DNA of 64,000 bases from Squalus acanthias (taxonomy: Eukaryota): NCBI GenBank assembly GCA_030390025.1, contig CM059432.1, positions 106,022,001-106,086,000 of the forward strand. Reading direction: 5' to 3'. Below, piece after piece: positions 32,706 to 45,800 of the stretch. Position 1 is the first letter of the stretch, and each line of letters opens with the position of its first letter. The notes below the pieces were generated by a model. The model searched no databases and was not told where the DNA came from. It saw nothing but the letters and a program-made list of their open reading frames with translations. A program made the position numbers and the translations under genes.

Positions 32706-35452
32706 AGCCTAGAAATTGGATATAGCCACGAAATGGGCAGCGTTAAGGACCAACGATGTTAAGCTGCGCCACCTCAAAATGGTCTAGGTAGCATACAAAA
32801 TTTGTGCTCACTCCTACAGGCTTCAGTCAGTATTAAAGGGGAGGTGCATTGATGCTACAGCATGTGATGAGGATGAGGAGGAGGATGAGGAGGAGGAGAA
32901 GAAGACCGCCATGGCAGAGCGTCCTCAATGGGGGAGAGCCAGGAGGCTTTCAGACGCAGCTCTGGAGGCACTGGTTGTGGCCATGGAGAGGCTTTCTTCT
33001 TTCCCCAAACTGGCAGAAAGCCCTCGCCATACACTTCCCAAAAGTTCTGGCAGGAGATAGCGGCACATGTGACGGCCAGTGCTGTGGTCCCCAGGTCGGC
33101 GATCCAGTGCCGAAAGAAGTTTCATGACCTCACACGGATGGTCAAGGTGAGCGAAGGCTTCAGCAAATGCCATATCCCACCATCTCCACCACAAGTCTCA
33201 CACACTGCTCAATGCACCACACCCCCATCACTCACCTACCAACAATCTCTACCTTCACAATTAGAGCTTCACTTCACCCTCACAACCTTACCACTGCTGC
33301 AACACTCACACCCACATCTCACACCTTGCACACACTGACAGCTATTCAACTATGGCAGGCACATCACCCAAAAACAGTGCACCACACTCACTCACACACT
33401 TCCCTTTCTCTTGCAGGCCAAGGTGGCTCACAACCAGAGGGAGCAGCAGCAGACAGGCTGGGTGGGGGGCTAAGACTGACATCCAGGACCTCAGTCAGAT
33501 GGAGGAGAGAGTTCTGCAGATCATTGAGCAGAAGATCGTAGAGGCCTTGGGCCAACAACAGTATGGTCATTCCTAATCCTTCTTCTCATATCCCACTTCC
33601 ACCTCATCCCACAATCTCTTCTCACTTTCAAGCTACTGATGCTGTATGCAGACATATCTGGCTTCCCCCCCACCTAATCCTCCCCTCATCATAATCCAAC
33701 TCTTGTGCCTTCCTGCCTTCAGATAATCAACAACAAACACTGGACCAGCCTATCCCCGAGGTGATGCAAAAGCGCGAGGGGGAAGAAGAGGAAGAAGAAG
33801 ACACTGCGTCACTGCATCTGTCACTCGCAGACACCAGCTCAGAAATTGACACTGCACGTACTTTAGAGGCTAGTGTAGAAGTGGGATCTGCACAGGGTGA
33901 GGCACGAGTGGGCTGCAGCAAGGCCAGGGGGAAAGGGTAGCTCGGGGGCCAGCTCCTCGGAGGGTGAATTTGCACAAGAATTCTGCTGCACAGGACTCAA
34001 ATGAGGACCTCAATGGGGCGGCCTTCAGAAGAAATGGTGGTGGGCATGCACACCGAATTGATGGGTGCAATGGCAAGCCTGCCAGAGAGCCTCATGGCAA
34101 TGTCAAGGAGCATGGAGGAGTCCGCCTCCAACATTGCACGGGGCTCTGCGCAGAGCTTGGAGCCCAGGATTTCCAGGCTGGAAATGATGGAAGACTCCTA
34201 AAGAGACTGCGTCGACCCAGACGTGATGATTCGTTTGATGGGCGATGTCGCGTCTGCCATTGCAGCACAGGTGGAAGCGACCCAATGTCTTAGTGCTACA
34301 ATGGAAGCACAGACCGCTCTCATGCAGTCCTTGCTTGGTGCCATCCAAACTCAGACTGCTCTCATGCAGTCTCAGCGTGATGTCACCCAAGCTCAGACCG
34401 CCGTCATACAGTCTCAGTTTGATGCCACCCAAGCTCTGACTGCTGTCATCATGGCTGGGTTTACCACTGTCGACTGGGGTTTGCAGGGTGTCGCAGCAGC
34501 CCAGCAACCTGTGCTCCAACAGATTGCTAGGAATGCTGAAGCACCGTCCCAGGGAAGAGTCAGTGGGTCAGTGGAGCAGGACCCTGCTGTCCTCTCAAGA
34601 TATCCGGCAAGGCCATCTGTAGTCTCCCCCATGGAAACTCAGCAACCTTCCACCAGCTATGCTGTAGCCACTGGGGGAGCACTTCGTAGGAGCATTAGAG
34701 TAGGAAAAGGCACACGAACAACAGGCACTGAGGTATTGCACAAGGGTGATTAGTTCATATTGTTGCTGTAAATATGTGTGGTGATTTTTGAAAAATGTAT
34801 TAATTTTGTTTGGGATCTTTTGTGGTGGCTCTCATTTCAGCTTTGTGCCCAGTAGGACACTGTAATATTCCATGACAGAGGGATGGTATGATGAGGATGT
34901 GGTGAGCAACGGGGATCTGGGGTTTCATTCATTGGAATCAGAGTCTGATGAGCCATTCATGGACAGCTCGTCCGGAAGGGGGATTGGCTGCTTGCCCTTG
35001 TCTCCGAGCAGACACCCTTGAGTTTGCTGTGGTGGCTGGAAGATTGTTGGCACACCGGACTGATGCAGGACATGGCGTCATGGCTACTGTCAGCATAGCG
35101 GGCATTGGCCATCAAGAATCTCTGGGTATGGTCGCACACCAACTGCACATTAAGTGAGTAGTAGCCTTTGCGGTTACGGAAGATCTCAGGATGGTTATAC
35201 GACGGCCAACAAAGCCACACGTGTGCAGTCGATGGTGCCCTGCACCATGGGGAAGCCCGCTATCCTGGCGAAAGACATATGTGTGCTCGCTCTGCTGCTC
35301 TCTGCTGAGAGATAAGACAACGTAGTCCCTTCTTCTGGTGTAGAGAGCCTCAGTCACATCCCAGATGCAGCGGTGGATGGCAAACTGTGAGATGTTAGCT
35401 ATGTCTCCTACTGTAGACTGGAAGGATCCACTGGCGAAGAAATTGAGGGCTT
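32706..35452 (+). mobile_element. Degenerate Harbinger: three-exon Myb/SANT relic on + (32911-34753) and convergent transposase relic on - (~34950-35450)
   Basis: WQEIAAHVTASAVVPRSAIQCRKKFHDLTRMVK|GTGAG; AKVAHN exon; GMHTELMGAMASLPES. On minus: [28 protein letters not shown]. Confidence 0.88.
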
Positions 35453-36162
35453 TGAACATTATTACAAAAACAATGAAAATATACAAAGTAAATTCTACAA
35501 TACAATGATCGAGTTTCTTGTTCATGATTATGTTTATTTGTTTCCGTTTTGTTTTACTAAACCAGTACACAGAAATTACCTATTGTGCCAGGGCAATTCA
35601 ACTGGATGTACATTCTGTACCAACGCTCCCTCCACTTCAGTATAAAAGCATAGCAATTAAGTACATGGAGATAGCAGTACAAAATGAACAAAACACTCTT
35701 TAGTCAGCTCATTATCAGAATGTACTGTATACACTATCTGGCAAGTTTTTATGGTATTCTTTCTGTTCTGGAATTTGTGCATATTTCAACTGAAACAGAA
35801 CCCACATGTGTGGGAGTTGGGGAAATCCAGGGCAGTATCTTAATCCCAGAACTATCTAGGAGAGAAAATACAGACTTGTTTCATATAATTATTTTTGTAA
35901 TAAATGAAATAGCCCACACCACACGCCATCCCAGGTTGTGGGAATTCTAACCTCAGAAGTACATCTCAGAACCACGCACAAGGCTGAACAACAACATTTT
36001 ACTTGTAATGTTCTATCCAAGCTACTTCAACATGTTCAATCAGTTAGCTCATGCTGTTTTGCACCATCTTGGCTCTATTGTTGTTAAAATAGGGCTAATT
36101 TATTAATTTTTGTTGAAGTTTTAATTCCAAATGCACATTTCTTAAAAAACACGCAAGAGTAT

Positions 36163-36320
36163 GGCGGTGAATTCCCATGAGGATTCTCCCCATTGTCCAT
36201 CTTAACTTTGGTGGAAGAGCTGCGGTAACCCTGGAAAACTGGCTTAAACCACTGTTTATATGGTACTTCTACTGAAGCTACAGCTGACAATCAGGAGAGC
36301 CCTCGCCCGAATTCACCCCC
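36163..36320. mobile_element. ~158-bp MITE with Harbinger-like TIR
   Basis: GGCGGTGAATTC ... GAATTCACCCCC; flanks TAT / TGT. Confidence 0.65.
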
Positions 36321-36514
36321 TGTATATATTAGGAAAATGTGATATTCTTCCATGACCTCAACTCTGAGCTGCAGATTTAAACTGAATTTCTTGTTCAAAA
36401 AGTCACTTTCAAATATCAGTCAACTTCTCTGCCATTTAATGGTGAGGTTCATCATTGAGATGTGTAAGTGACCCTCGCAAATACAGTCAATCCTGTACTC
36501 GACAGTTTTAATGT

Positions 36515-36914
36515 TTTTTAAATTTTCATGCTCGTTTTCAAATCCCTCCATGGCCTCGCGCCTCCCTATCTCTGTAATCTCCTCCCCACAATCTCCCACA
36601 ACCCTCCGAGATATCTGCGCTCCTCTAATTCTAGCCGCTTGAGCAGCCTCAATTTTAATCGTTCCACCATTGGTGGCCGTGCCTTCAGCTGCCAAACCCT
36701 AAGCTCTGGAATTCCCTCCCTAAACCTCTCCGCCTCTCTTTCCTCCTTTAAGACACTCCTTAAAACCTACCTCTTTGGCCAAGCTTTTGGATACCTTCCC
36801 TAATATCTCCTTATGTGGCTCGGTGTCAAATTTTGTTTGATAACGCTCCTATGAAGCACTTTGGGACGTTTTACTACGTTAAAGACGCTATATAAATACA
36901 AGTTGTTGCTGTTA
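36515..36914 (+). mobile_element. L2-type LINE 3' fragment
   Basis: LVFKSLHGLAPPYL..FKTLLKTYLF; tail tataaatacaagttgttgctgtt; homologous to 53950-54369. Confidence 0.85.
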
Positions 36915-37960
36915 CAAGCATCCGATTCACAGTAAACACTTGAAGCTTGTATGAGATTGAGGCAGTAACTCTGGGCATTCTCTACAGTGTCATGCACAGA
37001 ATCTTGAGACAGCATTTATTTTATTTGCATTTTTTTCCAATCTCATTCCGTACTAATTCTGTGACTGACTAGTGAATTAGGGTTGAGATGGACTATCCAT
37101 ACTGAAGCTGCAGATTGCTCCAGTTGTGACATACCTAATATGGAACAACTCTTAAACCTCAAACAGAAAGCTCAAGATTTACTGTTGTGGCAAAAAGCTT
37201 ATTTTAAAACCTATCATTTTTTTTAAATGTTGCATCGATCGCAGCTTATTCCAGAACATATTTATACACGTAAAAATTCCAATAAAAAAACTCATCAAAT
37301 ATCAAAGAAAAAACAGATGCTCCCAAACATAAAAGCAGCCACTACACTATTTTCTTTACTTCCACCTCTTTAGATCTCTCAGGCCACATACATCTTTTCA
37401 GCTGAGAGCAACTCTGCAATGTGCAATGAAAGTGTAAATAGAAGCCTGCTTATGTTGCATTTAATTATCTTTTTTCCAAATCAAAGCACAATTATTGCAA
37501 TTTGATTTAAGGTTTATTATATTTGTGACTCGATTTGCATATAAAGCATAAATATAAGTCTGCCTTGTCTCAGCAATAGTGAAGTATAAATGAAGTTTTA
37601 CCTATCTTATTTTTGATACACAGGACAGAAATTACAGAACAAAGAGTGCACTGAATAATCTTGGATTTCTCTCAATGCAAGTTTAAATCCTGTAGCCCAA
37701 GTCCTAATTTTAGGCAAAAACAAAAGCTGCAGTAGTACAAACAGTTTAAACACAAACATCACTCAAACAGCTAAATAATGACAAAGGAGGGGGAAAGGCA
37801 CATGCTGGTTATTAAGTGTGACATATTAGGTGCAAAGCTTTAAAGAAACAGCTTTGAAAATATTCTGGTTTTGAATTAATAAATACAAAAACAAAGAGTA
37901 TTAAAAAAATATACACCTGTAAGTAAAAGATGTACTGCAAGAACAACAAATAGAAGAGAT

Positions 37961-38131
37961 TTAGATTTCACTTTCAAATGTCTGTAAGAATGTCTTTAAA
38001 GAAAGGATTTCAGGATAAGTTCTGCTGGTCTTGCGGTAGAAATCCAAACCAGTTAGGTGTTCAATGTCACGCACACGTGCCGTGTGTAACTTCATGAGGT
38101 CTTCAACCCATCTTGATTCATCATCGTTACT
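37961..38131 (-). CDS. ENPP2: ENPP2 (autotaxin) terminal coding exon
   Basis: [60 protein letters not shown] matches the ENPP2 C-terminus. Acceptor ..atttcag at 38132-38134. Confidence 0.95.
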   Translation of the reverse strand, partial: SNDDESRWVEDLMKLHTARVRDIEHLTGLDFYRKTSRTYPEILSLKTFLQTFESEI

Positions 38132-39254
38132 CTGAAATATACAAAACACGAGATTACTTTCGATTTGTGTTCTAAATGTATTTTTTTCTGTGAACGTACG
38201 GTGCTTGTATTACTAGTGGTTGGGAAGGGCAGTGCTCCATGTAGTTGATACAATGAGCATTGTTGAGCCCGACAGCTCCTCCTCACCCTTTTTATATGCG
38301 CAGATTTCTTGTACGCCACTTGCAGACAGCAGGGAAAAGAAACTTACTTCCCATCAGTCTGGCTTGTGTTCAAATTTAGGTCCAAGAGGATAACTGTAAA
38401 CTGATACGTTAAGTAATTAACAAGTAAATCAGTCCAAATTGTTTTAAATGGTGTAACAAAATGAAATGCTACCATAGCCCCAAAGGCTTAGAGAAAAAAC
38501 AAACACAATAGTAAATATCCTCAGAGCTCTTCTGTAAATAACAAAAGAAATTCCAAGAAGTTGTGGGGAAAAAACTGAACCTACAATTTATTTAACACCC
38601 CCCCATTTCAATCCCCTCAGGAGGGGAGGGGCAAGTGACCTGCTCTCAAGCTCATCTCAAAGGCACTTCTGATCGGCTGCAGAATGATGCTTCAGGAATA
38701 ATATCATCTTTCTCCTCAGCATCCTGCAGCTTTCTGGTTTGAACACTAACTTCAGACTTTAGCCATATCCTCCATTTCCTTTACAACAGAGGATGCTGGT
38801 GATAGGTGGGTTATTCTGTGGGTGTCAAGGGCAGGGGGATGGGGGGGGGGCGCGAAGAGATGGGTTGCCATTTTGGGTGGGAGAAGAAATCCTTCAATGA
38901 AACACACTGCGGCGGGGTGGGGGGGGTGCGGCAGGGCTGCGCCCTCTCTGTTGACCTGTTGTTTTTCTTTTGAAGCTGGTGGACCCCCACTGTACTTTGC
39001 CAACATCTTCTAACCTGATGCTCAGTTTTTCCATCTCTCCCTTTTTCTTGTATTTTTCTTAGGCTTCACACATCCTTTGTTTCTTTAAAGTCCTTTTTTT
39101 AATGCTTCATCTATTAGTTGACTGAGTTGATCAATTATATCATTCCACCAATACTTCCTCTGTGTTTAGTTGTCTAGTTTTTATATTGTTTTTATCTCCT
39201 TCCCCACTCCGCCCTTTCCGATCTCATTAGTATGCTTGATAGTCTCTTACTTTT

Positions 39255-39376
39255 TAGTTCTGATGAAGGGCATGAACTCAACATGTTGACTGCCTGTTCC
39301 CTCCACAGACACTGTTGGGTTTCCAGCTTTTTCTGCTTTTGTTTCAGATTTCCATCATTTGCAGTATTTCACTTTT
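39255..39376 (+). mobile_element. Decayed Penelope-type pLTR relic
   Basis: ttctgatgaaggg...ctccacagacactg...ttccagctttttctgcttttgtttcagatttcca resembles a second, common fish/shark Penelope end. Recognition from memory only. Confidence 0.5.
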
Positions 39377-39526
39377 TATTTGTGTTGTAACGGTAATTTA
39401 GTGTTGGTGAAATCTAGTAATGTTTTATTCACTAACATGTTGTGGTTCATACTTGGAGCATATTCATGGCTGGCCAGTACCAATATTTGACTTGCAGAAG
39501 CATCGTTTGTAACTGTTATCCTAAAC

Positions 39527-39890
39527 AGGAACATAGGAACAGGAGAAAGCCATTCAACCGCTCGAGCCTGTTCTGCCCCTAAATTAGATTATGGCTGATC
39601 TGTATCTTAACTCCATCTCCTAGGTTCCGTAACCCTTAATACCCTTACCGAACAAAAATCTATCAATCTTGGTTTTGAAATTTTCAATTGACCCCCAGCC
39701 TCAACAGCTTTTTGTGGGAGAGAGTTCCAGATTTCCACTACCCTTTGTGTGAAGAAGTGCTTCCCGACATCAACCCTGAACAGCCTAGCTCTAATTGTAA
39801 GGTTATGTCCCCTTGTTCTGGACTCCCCCACCAGAGGAAATAGTTTCTCTCTAACTACATTATCAAATCCTTTAATCATCTTAAAGACCT
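39527..39890 (-). mobile_element. CR1 LINE 3' fragment
   Basis: EVFKMIKGFD..LFPLVGESRTRGHNL..FFTQRVVEIWNSLP; tail ttcctatgttcc. Confidence 0.9.
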
Positions 39891-40113
39891 CAACTGAAGT
39901 TTGTTTAAAGGTTTGGCCCCAGTACACTGCATTGTTGCACAGATTTTCTTTTCAGTACTTGAAAGAGTGAAATAAAATAATAAAAGGCATTTATAAAAGG
40001 GCAGGGAAAGCTACAAGTCACCGGCAAATTTCAAAAGCGATATTAGATTATTATAATCTATGCAATATAGTAGGAATTTATGCAGTTGCTGCAAAAAAGA
40101 AATAAGAAACTTT

Positions 40114-40925
40114 GGGGCGATTTTGTGACTGGGGGCGCGTTGGAGGCGGGACTGCTGCTTGTCGGGTCGATGCCCTGCCTCCATCGATTTGTGGCCAACC
40201 CACGCTATTTTCCCTTGATTGACCTTGTGAAGCCCGCCCAGCGGGCTTAGCAGGCCGATCAAGGGAAAGCCGGTTGCAGAGCACGTCAACGTATGGCGTT
40301 TCATCTGTCAAAAATTTTTGATAGATGAATTGTCAGCATTTGACAGCTCTGTGAAGCTGTCAAACAGTGACATTTCTCTGCAGTTTGATGAGGTCTTGAA
40401 TACAAGACCCCATCAAACTTTCTTTAACAGAATTGAGATGCTTGTTGCATCTGTGAATGCAACGGCCACCTGTCAATCCCAACACGGAGGTCCGAGAGTC
40501 TCCGCATACAAACCAACTGAAGCCTGCAGGAAGAAACAAAGGTAAGTACACTTTTAAAAACACTTTGCACTTACCTCAGATACTCACCTCTACACTCTTG
40601 CACCCATCACTCACCTTCACACCACACTTTTGCACCTGCCCCCCCCCCCCGACCCCAGCAGACCCAGTACTCGCTTCGCTGAGCTGACGGGTTTCGGAGC
40701 CTTCGGGAAGCCCGCACTTGTGAGGGCAAAAAGGGGATAATCCTGTTTTCTGCCTGTTAACTACCCGTTAACAGGCAGTTAATAGGCTTTAATCCCTTCC
40801 CGCCTCCTGGGAAGATGGCATGGAGGCGGGTTGGGGGCAGGCTGGGCACCCGCCCCCAAATTCTGCCATTTTCCTGGCAGTCCCGCCTCCATACCCGCCT
40901 CCCCAGGGCTGGCAAAATCGCTCCC
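40114..40925. mobile_element. Non-autonomous DNA transposon (Harbinger-like ends), ~810 bp
   Basis: GGGGCGATTTTG...TGGAGGCGGGACTGC at left and GCAGTCCCGCCTCCA...CAAAATCGCTCC at right. Confidence 0.75.
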
Positions 40926-41768
40926 TTTGGCAGGGAAGCAATTATTTTGTTTGTTTATTCCAAGTGGCTATTTTTAAATAAAACTGTTTTAATGGGTTGC
41001 TTTTTTTGTTTCTATGGAGGAAAATTTTAACTAGAGGGTGTTCTTGTAGATATGACAATCCCTGAAATAGTTGGTGTGTTTCATAACCAGTTATTATTCA
41101 GTTAATTTACTGTACTGGAACAAAATTTAAAAAATGCCATTAGTTTCAGAAATAGAGACAGCCTAGGACTATTAAAAAATATTTTTCCTTTTTAATATAG
41201 ATCATTTGTACCTTACTGACACGGCCTATATTTTTCCCAATTTTCTACCCTCCTCTCCTGAAGGCAGAGCATCTTGCTGGGCTGAGAACATTGAGGCTAG
41301 TTGTAGTGCTTTTCCCACTGGCCTGGGTGAGATTGGTGAACTCAACGTAGGCCAGGGAGTGAACCTGGAGTCTTCCTGGCCTGCATCGCTCAATATCACA
41401 CCAATGATGCTTTTATCCACTCAGCCATCAGAACAAGCCGTGGGCTTTATGCCTTGATGTGGTATTTTGTGAAATAAATTAACTGAATAACCACTTGTGA
41501 AACTGTTAACTGACGGTATTTATTTATTATTTTGAAATACAGCACCACAGCATTCATGCTTTAACCCCTTCTTGGCCTGCTGTTAGCTTTTGACAGCTTA
41601 CAGAAATTTTTTTCAAAAGTATACAGGAACACTTGAATTAGAAAAGCGGGCGATGGAAGCCCTGAAAAGGTGTTCACTTTTATTTAAAATAAAACATTGG
41701 GAGTAGTCCCAGCATTACCCTTGGAACTTGTCCTTTGGACTGGCCCCTTATTCAAGGTAGGAGCCAAT

Positions 41769-41890
41769 TAGAGTGAACTTCCTTGGGGCTTCTCCCGCTC
41801 CACCACCGTAACTTTGGTGGAAGTTCGGCCGAAACCCCATTTACGTGTTTAAATGGGGTTTCCACTGAAACCCCAAGGAACTTCACCCCC
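41769..41890. mobile_element. ~120-bp MITE (same family as 36163-36320)
   Basis: GAGTGAACTTCCTTGGGG ... CCCCAAGGAACTTCACCCCC; shares taactttggtggaag with the 36163 copy; AAT on both flanks. Confidence 0.65.
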
Positions 41891-41904
41891 AATAGCTTCT
41901 TTTA

Positions 41905-42025
41905 GCAAATATTCCTACATTACAACAGTGACTACACTTCAAAAAGTACTTAATTGGCTGTAAAGTGCTTTGGGACATCCGGCGGTCATGAAAGGTGCTA
42001 TATAAATGCAAATCTTTCTTTTTTT
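41905..42025 (+). mobile_element. 3' tail of a Deu-domain SINE (SacSINE1/AmnSINE-like)
   Basis: cctacattacaacagtgactacacttcaaaaagtacttaattggctgtaaagtgctttggga..gaaaggtgctatataaatgca; recognised from memory. Confidence 0.65.
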
Positions 42026-42814
42026 TAAATATGGAGTTAAAAAGAGATGAATTTTCTCTCAGATCTATATTTTATTGACAATATAATTTCATTGATTTAC
42101 TCAAAACAATACTGTGGTTTAGGTAAGATAGAATTTAGGTACATTTAAATTTGGTTTAAAGTATTTGGGAAGCATTCCCCTAGTTTGGGCCCTATTTTTG
42201 CCTGGTGTTTGTTAGAATCCATTAAGAAGAGTGACCAGTATATTGATGACAGTTTAAAATTCCTGGATTGCCATTGTTGTGAATGTATAGGTAGGGGGCT
42301 TTGGGAGCTGAATTTGGTTGAAGAGTCAAATAGGAGGAGAAAGTTACACATTTGTTCTGGGTAATGTCTGCCTCCGAATTACACAGCATATATCCTTGAA
42401 CACAGTTCTTGCTTTTTCTCCGAATGGACTTGACAGAATGGGGATAAATGCTCATGTTGGTGAATGAGAATAAAGAACGTACACTGTTACCTATACTTTG
42501 TACTGTAATGGGTGTGTGGTTTCTGGGTGAGGTGGCTAAATGCCAATTGGTGTTGCTGGGTTCTCTTGCAGTATAAAGGTGCTGTTCTCAGAGAACCGTG
42601 AATAAACCAAATTGAAAAATTAGATGAAAGAGAATAAAATTATTTGATTCTGATACTCTTCATTTTGGAGATGAAGTGAAACTAGATTCATCACATTATG
42701 GACTTAACTAAGGTGTGTAAATATACTGCCTGGTGTGATACTGTGCCATAGAGACCAGTAACATCCAAGATGCAATCTCTTGTGTATAATGACTTAGCTG
42801 ATCTCAGCCAGAGT

Positions 42815-45800
42815 GGTGATGGGGGTGATGAGGGTGATGAGGGTGATGAAGGTGATGAGGGTGATGAAGGTGATGAGGGTGATGAGGGTGATGAGGGTGA
42901 TGAGGGTGATGAAGGTGATGAGGGTGATGAAGGTGATGAGGGCGATGAAGGTGATGAAGGTGATGAGGGTGATGGGGGTGATGGGGGTGATGAAGGTGAT
43001 GAAGGTGATGAGGGTGATGAAGGTGATGAGGGTGATGAAGGTGATGAAGGTGATGAAGGTGATGAAGGTGATGAGGGTGATGAAGGTGATGAAGGTGATG
43101 AGGGTGATGGGGATGATGAAGGTGATGAAGGTGATGAAGGTGATGAGGGTGATGAAGGTGATGAGGGTGATGAAGGTGATGAGGGTGATGAGGGTGATGA
43201 GGGTGATGAGGGTGATGAAGGTGATGAGGGTGATGAGGGTGATGAAGGTGATGAAGGTGATGAAGGTGATGAGGGTGATGAAGGTGATGAGGGTGATGAA
43301 GGTGATGAAGGTGATGAGGGTGATGAGGGTGATGAAGGTGATGAGGGTGATGAAGGTGATGAGGGTGATGAAGGTGATGAAGGTGATGAGGGTGATGAGG
43401 GTGATGAAGGTGATGAGGGTGATGAAGGTGATGAGGGTGATGAAGGTGATGAGGGTGATGAAGGTGATGAGGGTGATGAAGGTGATGAAGGTGATGAGGG
43501 TGATGAGGGTGATGAAGGTGATGAGGGTGATGAAGGTGATGAGGGTGATGAAGGTGATGAGGGTGATGAGGGTGATGAAGGTGATGAAGGTGATGAGGGT
43601 GATGAAGGTGATGAAGGTGATGAGGGTGATGAAGGTGATGAGGGTGATGAAGGTGATGAGGGTGATGAAGGTGATGAAGGTGATGAGGGTGATGAGGGTG
43701 ATGAGGGTGATGAGGGTGATGAGGGTGATGAGGGTGATGAGGGTGATGAGGGTGATGAGGGTGATGAGGGTGATGAGGGTGATGAGGTGATGAAGGTGAT
43801 GAGGGTGATGAGGGTGATGAAGGTGATGAGGGTGATGAAGGTGATGAAGGTGATGAAGGTGATGAGGGTGATGAAGGTGATGAAGGTGATGAGGGTGATG
43901 AAGGTGATGAAGGTGATGAGGGTGATGAAGGTGATGAGGGTGATGAAGGTGATGAAGGTGATGAGGGTGATGAGGTGATGAGGGTGATGAAGGTGATGAG
44001 GGTGATGAAGGTGATGAAGGTGATGAAGGTGATGAAGGTGATGAGGGTGATGAGGGTGATGAAGGTGATGAAGGTGATGAGGGTGATGAGGGTGATGAAG
44101 GTGATGAAGGTGATGAGGGTGATGAGGGTGATGAGGGTGATGAGGGTGATGAAGGTGATGAGGGTGATGAGGGTGATGAAGGTGATGAGGGTGATGAGGG
44201 TGATGAGGGTGATGAAGGTGATGAAGGTGATGGGGTGATGAGGGTGATGAGGGTGATGAGGGTGATGAGGGTGATGAGGGTGATGAGGGTGATGAGGGTG
44301 ATGAGGGTGATGAGGGTGATGAAGGTGATGAAGGTGATGAGGGTGATGAGGGTGATGAAGGTGATGAGGGTGATGAAGGTGATGAAGGTGATGAGGGTGA
44401 TGAAGGTGATGAGGGTGATGAGGGTGATGAGGGTGATGAAGGTGATGAGGGTGATGAAGGTGATGAAGGTGATGAGGGTGATGAAGGTGATGAAGGTGAT
44501 GAGGGTGATGAAGGTGATGAGGGTGATGAAGGTGATGAAGGTGATGAGGGTGATGAAGGTGATGAAGGTGATGAGGGTGATGAAGGTGATGAAGGTGATG
44601 AGGGTGATGAAGGTGATGAAGGTGATGAGGGTGATGAAGGTGATGAAGGTGATGAGGGTGATGAAGGTGATGAGGGTGATGAGGGTGATGAAGGTGATGA
44701 GGGTGATGAGGGTGATGAAGGTGATGAGGGTGATGAGGGTGATGAAGGTGATGAGGGTGATGAAGGTGATGAGGGTGATGAGGGTGATGAGGGTGATGAA
44801 GGTGATGAGGGTGATGAGGGTGATGAAGGTGATGAGGGTGATGAGGGTGATGAGGGTGATGAAGGTGATGAGGGTGATGAAGGTGATGAGGTGATGAGGG
44901 TGATGAAGGTGATGAAGGTGATGAGGGTGATGAAGGTGATGAGGGTGATGAAGGTGATGAGGGTGATGAAGGTGATGAGGTGAAGAGGGTGATGAAGGTG
45001 ATGAGGGTGATGAAGGTGATGAGGGTGATGAGGTGATGAGGGTGATGAGGGTGATGAAGGTGATGAAGGTGATGAGGGGTGATGAGGGTGATGAGGTGAT
45101 AGAGCGGTGATGAGGGTGATGAGGGTGATGAGGGTGATGAAGGTGATGAGGGTGATGAGGGGATGAGATGAAGGTGATGAGGTGATGAGGTGATGAGGTG
45201 ATGAGGGTGATGAGGGTGATGAAGGTGATGAGGGTGATGAGGTGATGAGGTGATGAGGGTGATGAGGAGGTGATGAGGGTGATGAGGGTGATGAGGGTGA
45301 TGAGGTGATGAGGGTGATGAAGGTGATGAGGGTGAAGAAGGTGATGAGGTGATAAGAGGGTGATGAAGGTGATGAGGGTGATGAAGGTGATGAGGGTGAT
45401 GAAGGTGATGAGGGTGATGAAGGTGATGAGGGTGATGAGGGTGATGAGGTGATGAGGGTGATGAGGTGATGAGGTGATGAGGGTGATGAGGGTGATGAGG
45501 GTGATGAAGGTGATGAGGGTGATGAGGGTGATGAGGTGATGAGGGTGATGAGGTGATGAGGTGATGAGGGTGATGAGGGTGATGAAGGTGATGGGGGTGA
45601 TGAGGGTGATGAGGGTGATGAGGGTGATGAGGGTGATGAAGGTGATGAGGGTGATGAGGGTGATGAAGGTGATGAGGGTGATGAGGGTGATGAAGGTGAT
45701 GAGGGTGATGAGGGTGATGAAGGTGATGAGGGTGATGAAGGTGATGAGGGTGATGAGGGTGATGAAGGTGATGAGGGTGATGAGGGTGATGAGGGTGATG

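Noticed and set aside
37010..37960. Defined ENPP2 polyadenylation site
   Set aside because: Several minus-strand AATAAA candidates (~37015-37025, ~37513-37518) in AT-rich DNA; cannot choose without transcript data.
39259..39290. Second functional hammerhead ribozyme
   Set aside because: CTGATGA is present but the GAAA core and stems are decayed.
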